A stretch of DNA of 64,000 nt from the NCBI GenBank assembly GCA_003344405.1, contig NOWV01000010.1, forward strand, positions 868,001 to 932,000, given 5' to 3'. The translations under genes were made by a program, and so were the position numbers. The notes under the pieces are model-generated. The model saw only the letters and a list, made by a program, of their open reading frames with translations. It was not told where the DNA came from and made no database searches. The first letter of the stretch is position 1. Each line of letters starts with the position of its first letter. This stretch comes from Trichoplax sp. H2 (Eukaryota). This document shows, in pieces, positions 1 through 14,599 of this stretch.

Positions 1-1322
1 ATCAACTGGCTGATTTTATCAAAGGTCGTTATTTTGTGTGTTGTACCATGAGCGGACTTGTGTAAAATTATACACCTTGAGTAATATATTTTTTCTTTGA
101 AATATAGTGGAATCTAGTGTCGCTGATTTACGATGGATTTTTAGTTTAATTGAAAAAGATCCCGTTCCGTTTATGAGGTATATTGCTCTGTTACTGTATT
201 TGTTATATTTTGTATACCAGTTCTCTCAATGTATGAGTTATCCGTACCATTACAGGCATTATGCATTGCAAGCCATCATCAGGAGTGCACCATTTTCAAA
301 TTTGAAAAGGACTACCTCTGCTTTAAATAATATTGAATTAGTAGAGCGATTATGGACTCTTATTGGGTAAAGTGACTACCTGTACCTTTTCTTCAACTTA
401 CACTTTTCCTTTTTCGTTGCTGATATTCATGGTATCTGAAATAAAGTGCATTTGTACTGAAATATTAAATTGTTCTATTTTTCTTCAAGCTTTGATACCA
501 AACATGACTGCAGGCTGCGATGTGATGCTATGGAGCTCTATACTGAATTATATGGTAGATCGACCCCAGATTGTATACCACCTATACTAAATAGTGTAAG
601 TTTAAGACAATTCGAATCCTTACAATAATATAATCCATCTCATTCGTGAACTTGTTCTATTATTGCAGCCTGGTGTCGTTATTGATTTGCAGAGAAGAAC
701 ATCTCGTCCTAGTATATCTCCATCCATGGTATAATACTGTACTATAGCTGTAATATATATTAAGTAATGGTGTAGATATAAAAGTGCACCTGCATAGGCG
801 TAAAATGTATCCGATTTGCTATAATCATGGAATGTTAACATTTTTTCTTCGATAGTCGTTTGATGACATATCATTTAAAGTATCTAAGCCATCAACACCG
901 CAAGCTGTAGCAAGTACGTCTCTGCTTAGACGATTACCATGGTTACTTTGACCAGCTACTGAATTTAATATTTTACTCTTCTATACCTATAGCACCAATA
1001 GGTCTTAACAGCGATGATGACGGAAGTAGTGTCGTATCCGGACAAGATGCATTGAAAGTAACAATTAAGGTAGGAATGATGCTTCTGGGTAATCACTACA
1101 TTAAAGTTTACTCTACTGATTTAGCATGACAAAGTCGATAACATATACTTCTATACCTAGCTGGGAGATAACACTTTTTCCGGAACAAGCATTGCGACCG
1201 AAAATATTAATCCTATTGGTAAACGACCAAGTTCGGATGATGTTAAAAGCCATAAGAAACATAAGCATAAACACAAAAAAAGTAGCAAACAATCGTCGCC
1301 ATTTTCCAATCCACAACACTGA
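1..1322 (+). CDS. TAF2: TFIID subunit 2, 3' part (5' end outside window); exons approx 1-24, 108-177, 257-366, 490-595, 669-728, 856-942, 993-1069, 1161-1322
   Basis: Spliced translation LRWIFSLIEKDPVPFMRHYALQAIIRSAPF..LNNIELVERLWTLI..FDTKHDCRLRCDAMELYTELYGRSTPDCIP resembles the TAF2 C-terminal region (DPVPYVRH..LVDQLW..HDWRLRC..LY..LFG..P.C.P). Last exon has the His/Lys tract HKKHKHKHKK and stops at TGA 1320-1322. Confidence 0.85.
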
Positions 1323-2009
1323 AAATGGAGTACGAAATTTTTATTTTGTATATTCAAACGAAGCCATGACTTTTTGACTAGAATATTGTCATTAAGTAGG
1401 CAATCGTAAACATCGATTTAAGAACAAGATTAATTAATGTACAATTATTGATATACAGAATCTACATCACCGAAATTTGTTGATATTAAATAAATAAATT
1501 ATAAATATGTACTAATATTATCCTTGAAATCAGCTGTATGCCAGATTTTAAATGTGAATTGTATTGAGATAGGATAAGCAAGTATGGTCACGAGAATAGT
1601 ATCTTTGTTCCGCGTTGTAGAACCTGTTATTCTAATAATATATATTATACAATATGTGAATTTAATAAAGTGAAAATCCGAACAAGAACTTAAATGTAGC
1701 TATATCTGATGACATAGTTTGTGCACTTCGGTAAACAAAGTGATAGATCGTCATACGAGAGTAAGAATAACACTGCCGGATTTTGCATAAGTATGCTTTC
1801 GATATTTATATTTTAATAACGTAATGGGGAACAATAACTCATCAAGTACAGGAATACATATAAATTCAATAGGAATGATTACACATTTATCAATTTTAAT
1901 TGCCTATCTGCGGAAGTATTCCTGTTATAGCAATATGATATTGTAGGATTCTAGAAATAGAATTACGTGGGTGGCAGGTGCAAATCGGATACTGATATAA
2001 TAATGGTGG

Positions 2010-5000
2010 CTAAACAAGATCGAGTAGTCTTCCAGAAGCTGAGACAAATTTTTCATGGCTGTATTCGTTGATTGGTAATGATGCGACGATGCCACCATCG
2101 TGAACAGGAGTGTCAGCTTGGCTATAATCAATTTGGTTGCCACTAAAAGAAGTCATTTTACCACCTAAAGACCTTAAAATGGCATTACCTGCACAAATAT
2201 CCCATTTTTTAATTTTAGTTGAATGGATATATAAATCAGCAATATTCTTTGCGATTGATAAGGTTTTATAACCAGCGCCGCCAGCGGGAGTAATACGAAC
2301 GTCTTGACCAAATGTTGTTTTGATAATCGTATTTACTTTACCTGAAAGTAGAAGATAAAAGTACGTGTGTATTCGGTTAATGTTAAATAGATTTAGTTGT
2401 ACTGTATTCTTATTCAAGGGTAAATAATCTACGTTTGTCTCCATATAACAAGATACAACATTAAATGTACTAGTTAGCTATTATAGTCAGTTTTCATACC
2501 AGCATGTGATCGTGACACCGTTACGTCTAGTGGCGTTGATTTCCTTCCCAATTTAGCGTAACTGATTAGATCTTTTGACCGACCGTGCCCAATCCAAGCC
2601 CAAACCGTATTTGATGTGAACGGATTATATATGACGCCAATAACAGGCTTCCCCTTGATGGCAACACAAACCATGACTGTTACAAATTGATGTAAATGTT
2701 CTATTGCCCAAGATTGGATTTATCAGCCATGGCATAAACAGAAGATTCGAATAGGAATAATAACGGAGTTAGCACAATGCAACTTATGGAAAAAACTGAT
2801 AATCATCATTTACAGCATATACATTTACTATTGTACAGTATTGTCTAATAAAGCAAACTTTATTGTTAATATTATTTTAGCAGATTCAGTCCGTATACTA
2901 TAGATGAGTGTATGCTGTAGTTAAAAAATGTATAAAAAATTATTGACCAATAGGTGGTAAGTTGAAACTTTCTAGATTTTAGCTTACGTTTACCTATATA
3001 TTCATGAGTCGCATCTAAAGGATCAACCCATACTGTAACTAAATCTTTAGGCACCGCAAGAAACTGACTAGACAGATGAGCTAACTCAGGCCTATTCAAA
3101 TTGGGATACTGAATTGAGTTAATTTTTTTAGCCAGTACTTTTGAGTCAAGTTGTTCTTCCGACACCACGCGTAATGAAGGCCAAACTATAGTTACGAAAG
3201 AATATCAGATAGTTATATTAAACCGTTATAAGAGCTGATCATTGCGAATATTTGATGCACTTAGGTTTAAGAAATACGATGATGGCAAATGAGGCCCAAA
3301 ACGGACAATATTATAAAATGGAAGCATGAAAAGCGTTAAAAACTACTCGTAATTACCCTGTATTTGTACAATAAAGAATGAAAGTAGATAATAGAAATAT
3401 CAAAGTGAATTTACTCATATATCTAATCATAAAATAGAAACAATTAAAAAGATCTAATTTTTGATTTTTACAGTATTCTAAACGTTCATATCAATTACTA
3501 TAGTAGCGAACAAACTTTTCGCTAGCCATAGGCTGATATAGAAAACATTAGGGTTATGCTACCAGTAGCACTGTAAGAGTGAGAATCTGACGGTCGTTCA
3601 ATACCTAATTCAAAGATACTAACTGATATTATTTACGTATTTATATGTTAGAATACTTTCATGAAAATGTTATTATAATTTTGAAAAAGCTAAAATATTA
3701 ATATTGAATATGCTATGGTTATGATGCCTGTGGTACAGGTAGCGTCAAAATCGAGCTGTAATTAAATATCAAATTCGAAGGTAATAACCGACGTTGTTTG
3801 CTTAATTATTAATTTTTCATGCATTAAAAATACTTTAATAGTTTTAATAAACGTTGTTCTAATTTCTTGAGTATCTATAATGAGAGGATTCGTCGTTAAT
3901 CGAATATCACTATTATGCTATAGTTCAACAGAACTATGCATTCTATATAGCTGAAAGCTTGCTTCGTGTTAGATAAATAGATTGATAAAATAGATCTATT
4001 CTTCGTATAGAAACAAGTGTACTACGTACAGTATCTTTGTAGGACTGGAAAATTATGGCTATTGATGATTGCTTGATTTGTCTACCAAAGTATTAACTGT
4101 AAATTATCTTTAACTCGTACGTATGATAACTTGAATGCTACTATAAAACTTAGTCAATATAGGGGTACAGTCGAAAGTCGAAAGCTATACGTATTCTAGT
4201 TATGATAACAATTAATTGATAGTGTATTAGTGCACTCCTTACAAAGTTGGCTACAGTAGAGTTAATGTAGTCACAAGGTAGTAGTGCTCAATAAACCTTA
4301 CTACTTTTAAAGTAATATTTGAATGGTAGTTGTGATTCTTATTCAGGCAACTGCGCTGTAGATATCGTACATTAATTTTATAGTCATGTACAGTACGTCC
4401 ACAGAGTTCTTTACATTTCCTTATAGAAAGTCTATCCATACCTTTGAATATCAATAACAAACTAAGTTAATACTGCTAATACAGACTGTTCACATGGCGA
4501 TAAGAACGACGTCGTTAATGTTAGTATATTAATTGTATACCATTAGCCGATCCCACACATTTAGTGAAAAGACTAACTTTGACATTGCTAAGCTACGAGT
4601 TGAGTCATTGTCAATGAATCACATTTTTGTTCTAATTCGGTAGATATAATTTTATACAACGTTGTAGATGTTCATCGGTATAAAATAGAGTGATGATGAA
4701 TGTGATTTTCCGCTATGACATTTATTTTCATTTCATTTTAACCCGATTAGATTACTGTATTGTTGGTGTGCAGCTTCCTTTTCAAAACTACTAGTATCGT
4801 GGCGCTACAGCTATCCATGATAATGTATCAAGTTTGATATTACTCTTATTATTACACTACAGTTCAAATCAATCAGAATATACCCTTTTTGAGGCCAGCG
4901 ACAATCTCTTGATTGGATCGTAGATCAGCATTCGTAACGACAGATTGATTGAGTTGGGTAACACTATTTTGTAGATAGATTTGGCGAACAGCTTGACCAC

Positions 5001-5286
5001 CACGTTGGGCCACTTCAATGGAAGCGGATAATAGCTCACTAATTTCAATTAAATGATCTAATTTAACGAAAGGTTTATGCTCGGGTAATGGTTCTTCGTA
5101 CTCTAATAGAAACCAAGAACGATTGATATAAATGTATTGATAAAGGAAACCGCTTATAATGGTTGAAACGATCAAGATGAGTAAAAGAGCTTGCCACCGT
5201 TTTAAACTGGCTAACCATGATCGAAATCGAAATAGCTGTTGCAAGATTCTTCTCTTCCAATCGATAGTTTGAAAAATAATTTGCAT
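2010..5286 (-). CDS. IMPAD1: Golgi-type 3'(2'),5'-bisphosphate nucleotidase (inositol monophosphatase family); exons approx 5286-4884, 3187-2993, 2700-2500, 2341-2010
   Basis: N-terminal hydrophobic anchor (ALLLILIVSTIISGFLY), VTNAD, VVSEE, WVDPLDAT metal-binding motif, TVMVCVAIKGKPVIGVI, VSRSH, PAGGAGYK, KKWDICAG; GT-AG introns. Confidence 0.92.
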
Positions 5287-6001
5287 GTTTACTGGTGTTA
5301 TTCTGTAGACATTCCCTTGTATTCTTAAGCTATATGTATTATTGATGCATGGATGGTAGAGAATTGTGTCACAGCTGAATGAAAACAAGCAAGTTTTGGA
5401 GTTGTTGGCCTGCCTTCAACTCGCTCCTTGCTTCTCCATGTAGTCACTTCGTCCTCTAGTCAAATATAGCATTATTCTCTAGTACAATTCCAACTGAAAT
5501 GAACTCTTGACTATTATCGTATTAATCGATCCAATAGCACAACTATCGCAACATGCCTATGGTCGTATCCATAAAGGTTAGAAAAGGAAAAAATCAGGTT
5601 GGTTGCTTTCCAGTATTGCAATATTCATTTACTACTTGACAGACCGGCTAAAATGGCTATCAACAACTTTGTCGCCAATCTTTTCCCTTGGATTATACTA
5701 GAGTTCCTTCTTGACCAGACTGGACATTGGACAGTGGACACTTGATTCGGACGGTCGGACATCTTCTTCTAAAGGTTTCTATTGGTGCTGTACAATATGT
5801 AGTCTGTACGAAACGTCTTGCCTAAGCAGATGCTGGATTTTGTCGCTCGCTTTCTAGTACTATTACTACATAAGTTCTGCTTGGAAGCAGTTCTACTGTA
5901 TAACGTCATTAATGCTTTTGAATTCATGGTACTGTAGTGATTAAGAAAAATAGACACACAAGATCCATTCTTACTCTACTGTAATAAATGATTTCAACAT
6001 G

Positions 6002-6435
6002 ATCGGGGTCTTCCTTGTTCTAGTAGAGTCTGGCCGTCCGAAGAGTATCCTTTCTTGTCCGTCCGGTCGTGGTTTGAATCAGTAACAGAGACACGCTATA
6101 GTGTACTGACCATCCATCATTCAATATCATCAGGGTCTTCCTTGTCCTAGTAGAGTCTGGCCGTCCGAAGAGTATCCTTTCTTGTCTGTCCGATCGTGCT
6201 TTGAATCAGTGACAGAGACACACTATAGTGTACTGACCATCCATCATTCAATATTATCGGGGTCTTCCTTGTTCTAGTAGAGTCTGGCCGTCCGAAGAGT
6301 ATCCTTTCTTGTCCGTCCGATCGTGGTTTGAATCAGTGACAGAGATACGATGTAGTGTACTGACCATCCATCATTCAAAATCATCGGGGTCTTCCTTGTT
6401 TTAGTAGAGTCTGGCCGTCCGAAGAGTGTCCTTTC
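6002..6435. repeat. 127-bp tandem repeat, about 3.4 near-identical copies
   Basis: Units start with ATC(G/A)GGGTCTTCCTTG at 6002, 6129, 6256 and 6383 (constant 127-bp spacing), with only scattered substitutions. Confidence 0.95.
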
Positions 6436-7353
6436 ACCTACGGTGGCCCAGAACTGTCATGGGGCACTCGGTCACTGGCTGGACAATACAGTCCAGTACG
6501 GTACGGTACGGCACTGAGATCGTTCTTCAGTTATTCATCTCAATGCACCAATCAAAAGTTAGCTCCAATGGAATCAGCCAATTAGCAGCATCGGGGATAA
6601 TTTAAATTTTAAAGCGATCCAACCCGTAACAGATCGAGAATATGACGGTATCCGCTATGAGTGGAGACCCTATTTGATACAGTAGACTAGATAAAAAGCT
6701 CGTGTATGCGACATGACTCTATCGCTGACACTCATGATTCCTGGCTATACCTGTGTTGCAAGTGCTCTCAACAGTCCATAGTATTCCATATAACCTACTT
6801 TACCCATCAGCCGCTACTTAAAAGCCTTTGCAATCCACTCCAACTTAATATTGACTAGGTCATCTTGGTCGGCTTAATCACCCCATTTCTTCCTCTAAAG
6901 TTCAGGAATTAACCTTCTGACTTTCTTGATCAGGTTGTAAACGATTACCAAGAGCAGTAGCAGGCGTTCAATCCTTTCCACTTGAATTACAGGTAAAAAA
7001 ATGGAATAATGATCGTAGGTCAAGTGTGGTAGTCATGGCGATATCAGTCGATTTACTTGTCAAACATTTGAATAATATGATAGCGACGATTCCATTAGTT
7101 AAACTACCATCATGGAGAAGAAATGAACAAAATAGGATTCTAAAATATTCTGTTGTCATAGAAAAGTATTCAGTATCACAGCATAAGACGAGTAATCAAT
7201 GAATACTTCATTTGTTGTACTGTATACCTTTCTCAAAATCATGATTGGAAGGGAAGAAAGAGATCATTGACCAAGCTTGCTCTTCCATCTTCAACCTTGC
7301 ATTCTATTGCAAATTAATCCATTGCTTATCTTGTTTTCTTATAGTGAGACAAA

Positions 7354-10300
7354 ATGAACGTGGAGAATTGTCCTAGGACGAACAACAATCGTTTAGCTGC
7401 TTATAAATCCAAAGCTAGTAAGGTTGATCGATCAGAAAAGGCAGCCATTGATCGCAAGAATCAACGTCACAAGTTATTAGATCAACGACGTCCTTTTATG
7501 CGAGTCGATGGCAACAAAGCACAAGATCAGGTTATGTGCGAAAAGAAGAAAAATCACGATAATGGTATAGCTCTATGAATAAGCTATTATCAAATTAGAA
7601 AATTATCATCGTATGATAACTGTATAGTCAAGCAGATAGACACACTTACATACTGTACACATGTATACTGGTACACAGTAATGGGATAGGCATATAACGT
7701 TGATGTAGACAACAGTCTCAACTTTTACCAATTTAGCTTTACCTCGAAATTTATAATACAATCACATCCTATTATTGACAGTCCTCAAATATCTTACTTA
7801 ATAAATTGATAAGGTACATAGAGTAAACGCAATGATAGACATACCTAGCGAATTGTCCATACTGGAGTACATGTACGTATACTATACAGTGCACTCTACT
7901 TTGCATGATTCAGTAAAAATAAATGCTTCATATTAAGTTTACTAATCATTCTCGGAAACAGAACTGTGTATACTTTCCACAAAATTCATAATACAACTAT
8001 TTATAAATTTACGGTATCGGAAATGTTTTTTCATGCAATGATAACCATTATAAAATTAAATACTTTAAATTACACATACACAAAGCAGTAAATCGTCATA
8101 ACCTTTCATCATAGTCTTGTTAGACTATAGAGAAATAACATGAATGGATGAACAGTTGTCAATTTATCTGTTATAGTGACAGAAATCGAGAATATTGAGG
8201 CAAGTAAATTTCGTCGACAACAACTACTTAAATGGAAAGAGAAAAAAGAACAGGAAAAGAAAAAGCAGCTACGTGAACTATCCAGAAAAAAACCATTTGT
8301 TGTACCTGTTGCATTAAATTACATCCGTCCAAAATATGTATCAGAAAGTAAGTGAATGACACATGAAATAGTACCAATATTCAGTAGATAGATGATTTAA
8401 TCATATATAATTCATCATCTTTGAAAGCATTTCATATGTGCGTCTTACTAAACCAGTATGCCAATAAACTTATTTTTTGCAATATACTGTACAGTAAACT
8501 CTACAATTATCAAGAATAAGCATACCTATTAATGCTTTACAAATCTAACTAAACCCGCTACAATATACTATACACTATAATCTCATTTAGCTAGGCCTAC
8601 AACAACAATATTCATTCTCATTTTCTATTATATTATTAGATGACGGAAATAAAATTTCCCAAGTAAATCACAACATATTCCAAAGTAAAATGAAATCCTC
8701 AACGAAAGAAAATGCAGATAAGCCTAGACGTATTACTAGGTCTAAAAGTAAAGCGATAGCAAGTAAAGCGACGACAAGTAAAGTGACGACAAAAACTGAT
8801 CAAGCCATGAAGAAAGTTGCAAATAAAAAACCCACTGCTCCTACTGTTAAAAATTTACGTAACAGAAAGATTGTTATACCGGGAAGTAAACCGAAAGAAC
8901 AGGATCCATCTATAAAACAACCTACTAAAACTCATCAACCAAATAAGGTTCTAATGATGATTGCTAATATTTTTATGATTGAATAATAATTTCTACTCCT
9001 GTGTTTCCCCCTCTTAACCCAGTCATTAATAATAGTTATTACTACCTATAGTTATAAGATAATAGGTAAAAATATCCAACTCTCTTTCTCTATATATCAG
9101 ATCATTTAATTATATGTATTTGAATTATTCGTACAGGTTCCTCAATTAGCGCCAAATAATTTTACCTTTCAACCACTCAATCTTAAGCTGCCCGATTTGC
9201 AGCCCTTTCAACCACTTTCACCAAATACGGCTGCAAGCTTCTTAGATCCATCTCCTGCACTACTAGCAAGCCCTACTCTGCTTAACAAGATGACTTTACC
9301 GACAGCTAGAGAGATTGGAATTAGTTTCTCTTCAGGTGGGATGATATTATCTTAATATTCAATAAAAATGCCTTCGTGTAGATCGTGGCTATTCAAATGC
9401 GAAGTAACTTCCTTGTTGCATAGAAGACATATTCACCCAAGAGATAAAATTTTGATCTAACTGTAACATTCCTATTTATAGATATAACGCGTAATGGCTC
9501 CAATGATAAAATGGCTGCTTCATCGCAAGAAGGTAATGATGGATAATAATAATAATTACGAAATCTACTCTCTAACATATAGTGACTAGAGCATCCATTT
9601 TGCACAACACCGTATACCATAAACTCTTATAGTACTACCTATGACTGAAGCTGTAATACGGTCTACACTATTACAATCTGGCTAATATAATTGAAGGTAT
9701 GGATATTGATATAATTTGCTATAGATTCAACCAATAATCAATCCAGTCAAGATACTATTTTAACACCACAAAAAGCACTGGATTTCTCCGCATGCGACGG
9801 TGAAAATCGTTTCCGTCGAAATGTTAATGCAGAGACACAACGATTAAACGATCTTTGTGATCATTGGAACCAGGTTAAAAGTGAATTAAATCTTGATGAC
9901 GAAGCCAGACTGGAAGACATCCGAGGGCAGATTGATAGTGCAGTAGGCCAAGCTCAATTACTTATAAACAAGAAATTTAAACAATTTCATCAATTGATAG
10001 ATAAGAGCTTACGAACTGAAACACCTCATAAAGCATTTGAATCGGATTTAGAAGGTTTTTGGGAAATGGTCTTTATTCAGGTAGAAAATTTAAATAATAA
10101 GTTTGGTGCTTTAAAAATTTTACAAGATTGTAATTGGGTCGATAATACGAAGCAAAAAACAAAAACTAAGAAAGGCAAAAAAGGGAATACAAAGAAGAAT
10201 AAGAAAACTCCAACACGTATTGCTAATAGCCGAAATAAATTAAGAGAATTTATAGCTGCTCAAAAACAAACTAAACCTTGTGAAAATGTTGAGGAACCTA

Positions 10301-11719
10301 TCTCACAAGGTAATGATCAGTCTGAAAATAATTTGGACAACAACAATATCAACAATGAGAATAATGAAAATAGAATGGTACTAAGATCAGTAACTAAAAA
10401 GATTCGATTTGCTGATGAGCTTCAATCTGGTAGAAACTTAATTATATCACCAACACCATCTAAACGACGAAGATCCTATCGGAAAACACCAGGTAGCAAT
10501 TCATCCAGAAGTTTTTCTATAACTCAAGAAACTTCAGAAAGTATGGAAGAGAATCAGGATGGTTCGCTGACAGATTCACCTTCTATAGTGCGATCTATAT
10601 TGAAGAAAACACCAGCAAACAAATCTACTGAGCTGTTAACTAAAGATGAAACAGCTATACCTTTAGAATCGCTAGCTGTAACTTTATTCACTGACGAAAA
10701 AGACGATATCGATCAAACTACAGATGCAATCAATGATATCTCGGACGGGCTACCCGAAGATTATTTTCAGCCAGCTAAGGCTGAAAATACTGATTCTTTA
10801 TCACCTCAATTAATAGATTTAAGTAATGGCATTGTATTACCGTTTGATACAATTAAACCTACTCAAATGGATAATAACTTAGAGGAATCCAGTGATGGTC
10901 TATTATTTAACGCATTTGGAGGCATTATGAATGGAAGCAGCAAAAGGAATAGTTACTACAAACAGATTGACGTAGATCTATTACAATTTTCGCCTGCTGT
11001 CACTCCAAGAAAATCAACTACCCCAAGAAAATCTCCGTGGCATCGAAGTTGTAAGCGTAATGCTATATTATAATATAAGCTATTTCAATAAATATAAGAT
11101 TTGTAGGTATTCTACTTACCATACCGTTCAATTAAATAACGTGTTTCACAAGTTCTTCATAGTGTATGCATATGTATATGTCCGTAGTATTGATAATTGA
11201 TGTTTATAAAATAACAGAATGTTTTTGATATCATGGTTAATATCATATTATTTTATAGCATCCAAGAATAAAGTAGAAGGTTCATTAGTGAAGCGTTATG
11301 CCTCTATCACGCCAAAGAAAGAAATGAAGTAAGTGTATCTAGTGTCAACTGATTGCCTGCTTACTTATTTATTTGCATTTCACGCTACTGAACTTCAGTA
11401 CCTTATAATACATTGAAGTTATTAATTTAGCAAGAATACACATTTAGATGTTAAATTTATGGTTATATTGATATAGCTTACTTAACTATGCAAAATATAC
11501 TTAATTTTTATTTAGGTAACTAGCATTTAATGTTTCATATTCATTTTTAGAGTTGAATTAGGTACCGATATCATCTTTACCCCTGTTATCCGATCTAAAA
11601 GGAATGAAAAGTCTGGTAGAAGAAGTGTTTCACAAATTGTAGTTGAAAAATTGCACGAATTACCAGAAGACATGGACTTTGGCATCCAAAGTAACAAGCA
11701 TTTAATTGACCTAAATTAG
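7354..11719 (+). CDS. DLGAP5: HURP/Mars-like mitotic spindle protein with GKAP domain; exons approx 7354-7564, 8177-8347, 8640-8947, 9137-9335, 9482-9532 (less certain), 9725-11050, 11259-11328, 11551-11719
   Basis: Basic N-terminus RRQQLLKWKEKKEQEKKKQ..KKPFVV, LAPNNFTFQP motif, GKAP domain (ETQRLNDLCDHW..IDSAVGQAQLLINKKFKQFHQLID..DLEGFWEMVFIQVENLNNKF..L..LQDCNW). Exon phases are compatible through TAG 11717-11719. Confidence 0.88.
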
Positions 11720-13056
11720 ATCTGGGTCGCTATCCATAATACTCTTACGTGATATCATACTACCAATTTTTGGTAATAAGCGTAGTATAACATGTATATT
11801 CCTACAACAATTTTTACTGTAAAATTATAACAACACTGTCTTCGTACAAGTATTTATAATTATACCATCCAGTAGCCTTACGTCCCTGTTAAGTCTATAT
11901 AAAATTTAATTAATTATAATTACCTGATTGCTTCTCGTATTAGAGAGCTATACCTATTATACTGTTTTACCTTAGATTACAGTATGTTATCTTAATTTAT
12001 CAATATTCTTTCCTTATCATAGATTTTACTGTATACACTTTAAAATTATGCTTACTTTCCCATAGTGTAATTGCCATCTTAGAGATGTACCAAGTTTTTC
12101 TACAATTGTAAGTGATAACGTTTATCGATTTAGATGTTGGAACATAAATCTATTATGTTACACTTATAATTAATTAATAAGCTGATATAGACAAGTGCGT
12201 TTTAGCGATAAAACAGGCGATAAAGCTATAGATCGTTTACTGATGTAATTTATGAGATCTCTGTATATATGTATTCTTACTTAAGTAGTGAAGTTAATGC
12301 ACAAACTGATAAGACGTTACATCTATAGAAATAATGAAATAGACAAATCAAGGCTAAGATAGGGCCTATTCGAATAGAGAGATTTCATATACACCGTGTA
12401 CGACTGTATGTGTGTGTGTTAAATAAAAACCGGTTACTCTTGACTTAGTAAGAAATGCTTACTGCTTGTACGCGTATATATGTGTAGCACCATTTGCATA
12501 TCCAAAATACGTTGTAGTTCATTCTAAGTTAACAAAGCTGTTATGCTTTACTACATTTATGTTAAGATTCTTAATTAATAAATTCTGAATTTATAAAAGA
12601 CACTAAATTTCATGATGGGTATTGCTGTCACTGTTCTTAGCTTCATTTCATGAATAGACCTAAAGCAGCAGAATAATAAATTAAATTAACTACAAGCAGT
12701 AATCACTATATTGCGCTGCTGTTTTACAATATCATCATCATCGACTTAGCCGATCATATAGAGCAGTAAGTGGTCGCAAGAATTGATACTACAAGTTACT
12801 AGATTAATAACGCCCATTGATGTAAATTTACATTAGTCAAGCACAAGATAAACTTATAAGGGACAAGAATAATCAAAGCAATATTCGTAAGCTGTATATG
12901 GAATCATAAAATACGATAGCCCAACTATCGACCATTTTACTGATCGTTTAGTCCTAGCTTTACTATTGAAGCATCAGTATCGCATGGTGACTATCGAGTA
13001 GATACGCATGCATCACATTCTCGACAGGTTTCATAACTGTACCTAGAATGCTTAAA

Positions 13057-13330
13057 GTAATACTATATGGGGAAAGTAGTCGATATCGCCTTCAACTCTA
13101 TTATTTAATCTATTCATCCGAAAACTATACTAGTAGTATAGTATAGTACCTATAATGCTTAAAATAATACTATGAGGGCAAGTAGTTAATAATCACCTCC
13201 CACCCATTATTTAATCTATTCATCTGAAAATGATACATACTGTATACCATATAGATTTGTAATCACTAAATATGACACCGTAGTAAATTATCGTAGTAGC
13301 TACCCATAATGCCAAAATAATACTCTAAGG
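13057..13330. repeat. Degenerate ~97-bp repeat, 2 clear copies plus a partial third
   Basis: AATGCTTAAA(G/A)TAATACTAT...AAGTAGT...ATTATTTAATCTATTCATC.GAAAA recurs at about 13057 and 13154. Confidence 0.7.
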
Positions 13331-14599
13331 TAAGAGGTTATTGATTATTACTTTAATCGTTTTCAATTCTGTCGCTTAATATATTTATATGAGAGCAATT
13401 ATGGTTTATGGATTTAGATTGCGCTATAAGATAAAATGATCTTTATTTAAACTGCCGTATTTGACTAATTTTACTATTTCGAGAGATATACGGAACATGG
13501 CAATGATATAAAAAATAAAGGAAAATGATTATTTTTAAATTGATTTAATTAAACGCCTTGTTAAACAGCACATTATCCTACTTATGTGCGTATCTTTCAT
13601 CGATTTTTAAACAATTATCCTACCACTCTGACTACTTTATCGAAGGATAGAAAGATAATTACTAGAAGAAAATCAACTTATCCAACCTTCTAATAATAAT
13701 TAATCGGCTAGAAAATAGAAATAATTTATCTTCATTTAATGCAGAATCAAGGTAGTTTTATAGTTTTCCATTTCAGGTTAATAATACAATACAAAGTAGG
13801 AAAAATTGATTTGGAATAGTGGTGCTGATTAATTGAATAACAGGAAGCCATATTTTTGGATATTGTCTATCAGTTATAAGCATAGGAAATAACAGGCTTG
13901 ATATGAGCATTAATTTACTCCCACGTACTCATGCAGAGTCAATAACAGGATAGGAGTGATCATAAAAGATTTCTCTCTCCCTATAATAATTGTTGACTTA
14001 TTAATTATGGTTCAAAGGCAAAAAGTTTTTTTTGTCTTCTTGACATTTTCTGTTTATCGAGTTGCAATGTTATAGTATGATGAGAGAGATATTTTTTAGT
14101 TTTCTATCGTGAACTTAAGAAAATATTTTTATCATTGTCGACAATACCATCAAGAGTTTAGCTTAGAAAATGATAGCCCATTTCGATGATGATATTACTC
14201 TTTACCTATAGTTGATAACGAAATTGGATCTGTTCTCAAAGATGGAATAAAAGACAGCACACGATAACCACCTTCAAAAACCATATTACTGTATTACTTT
14301 AAAGTAAATGATACTCTTTTTCAAAAGATAGAATTACTAGTTATTTCATTACTGCAAATACTATTGAATTTAAAGCTTATTAAATAATCATCTCTTTTGA
14401 AGGCGACATTACTGCTGATTCGCTCAACGATTAGTACAATCATAACATGCTTTCCATAAATAAGCAAAAGATAGCTGATATTAAAATTATTGTTACTGAT
14501 TGTGTCATATTTATCTAATAATTAATTCATTAAATCCTATACTTCCCCATTCAACTAGCAGCTGAAAGTATAAGCGATATTAAAATGACAATATTGTTA

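Noticed and set aside
6002-6435. Regular repeat as a CRISPR array
   Set aside because: Whole units are homologous, with no unique spacers, no cas genes and a eukaryotic context.
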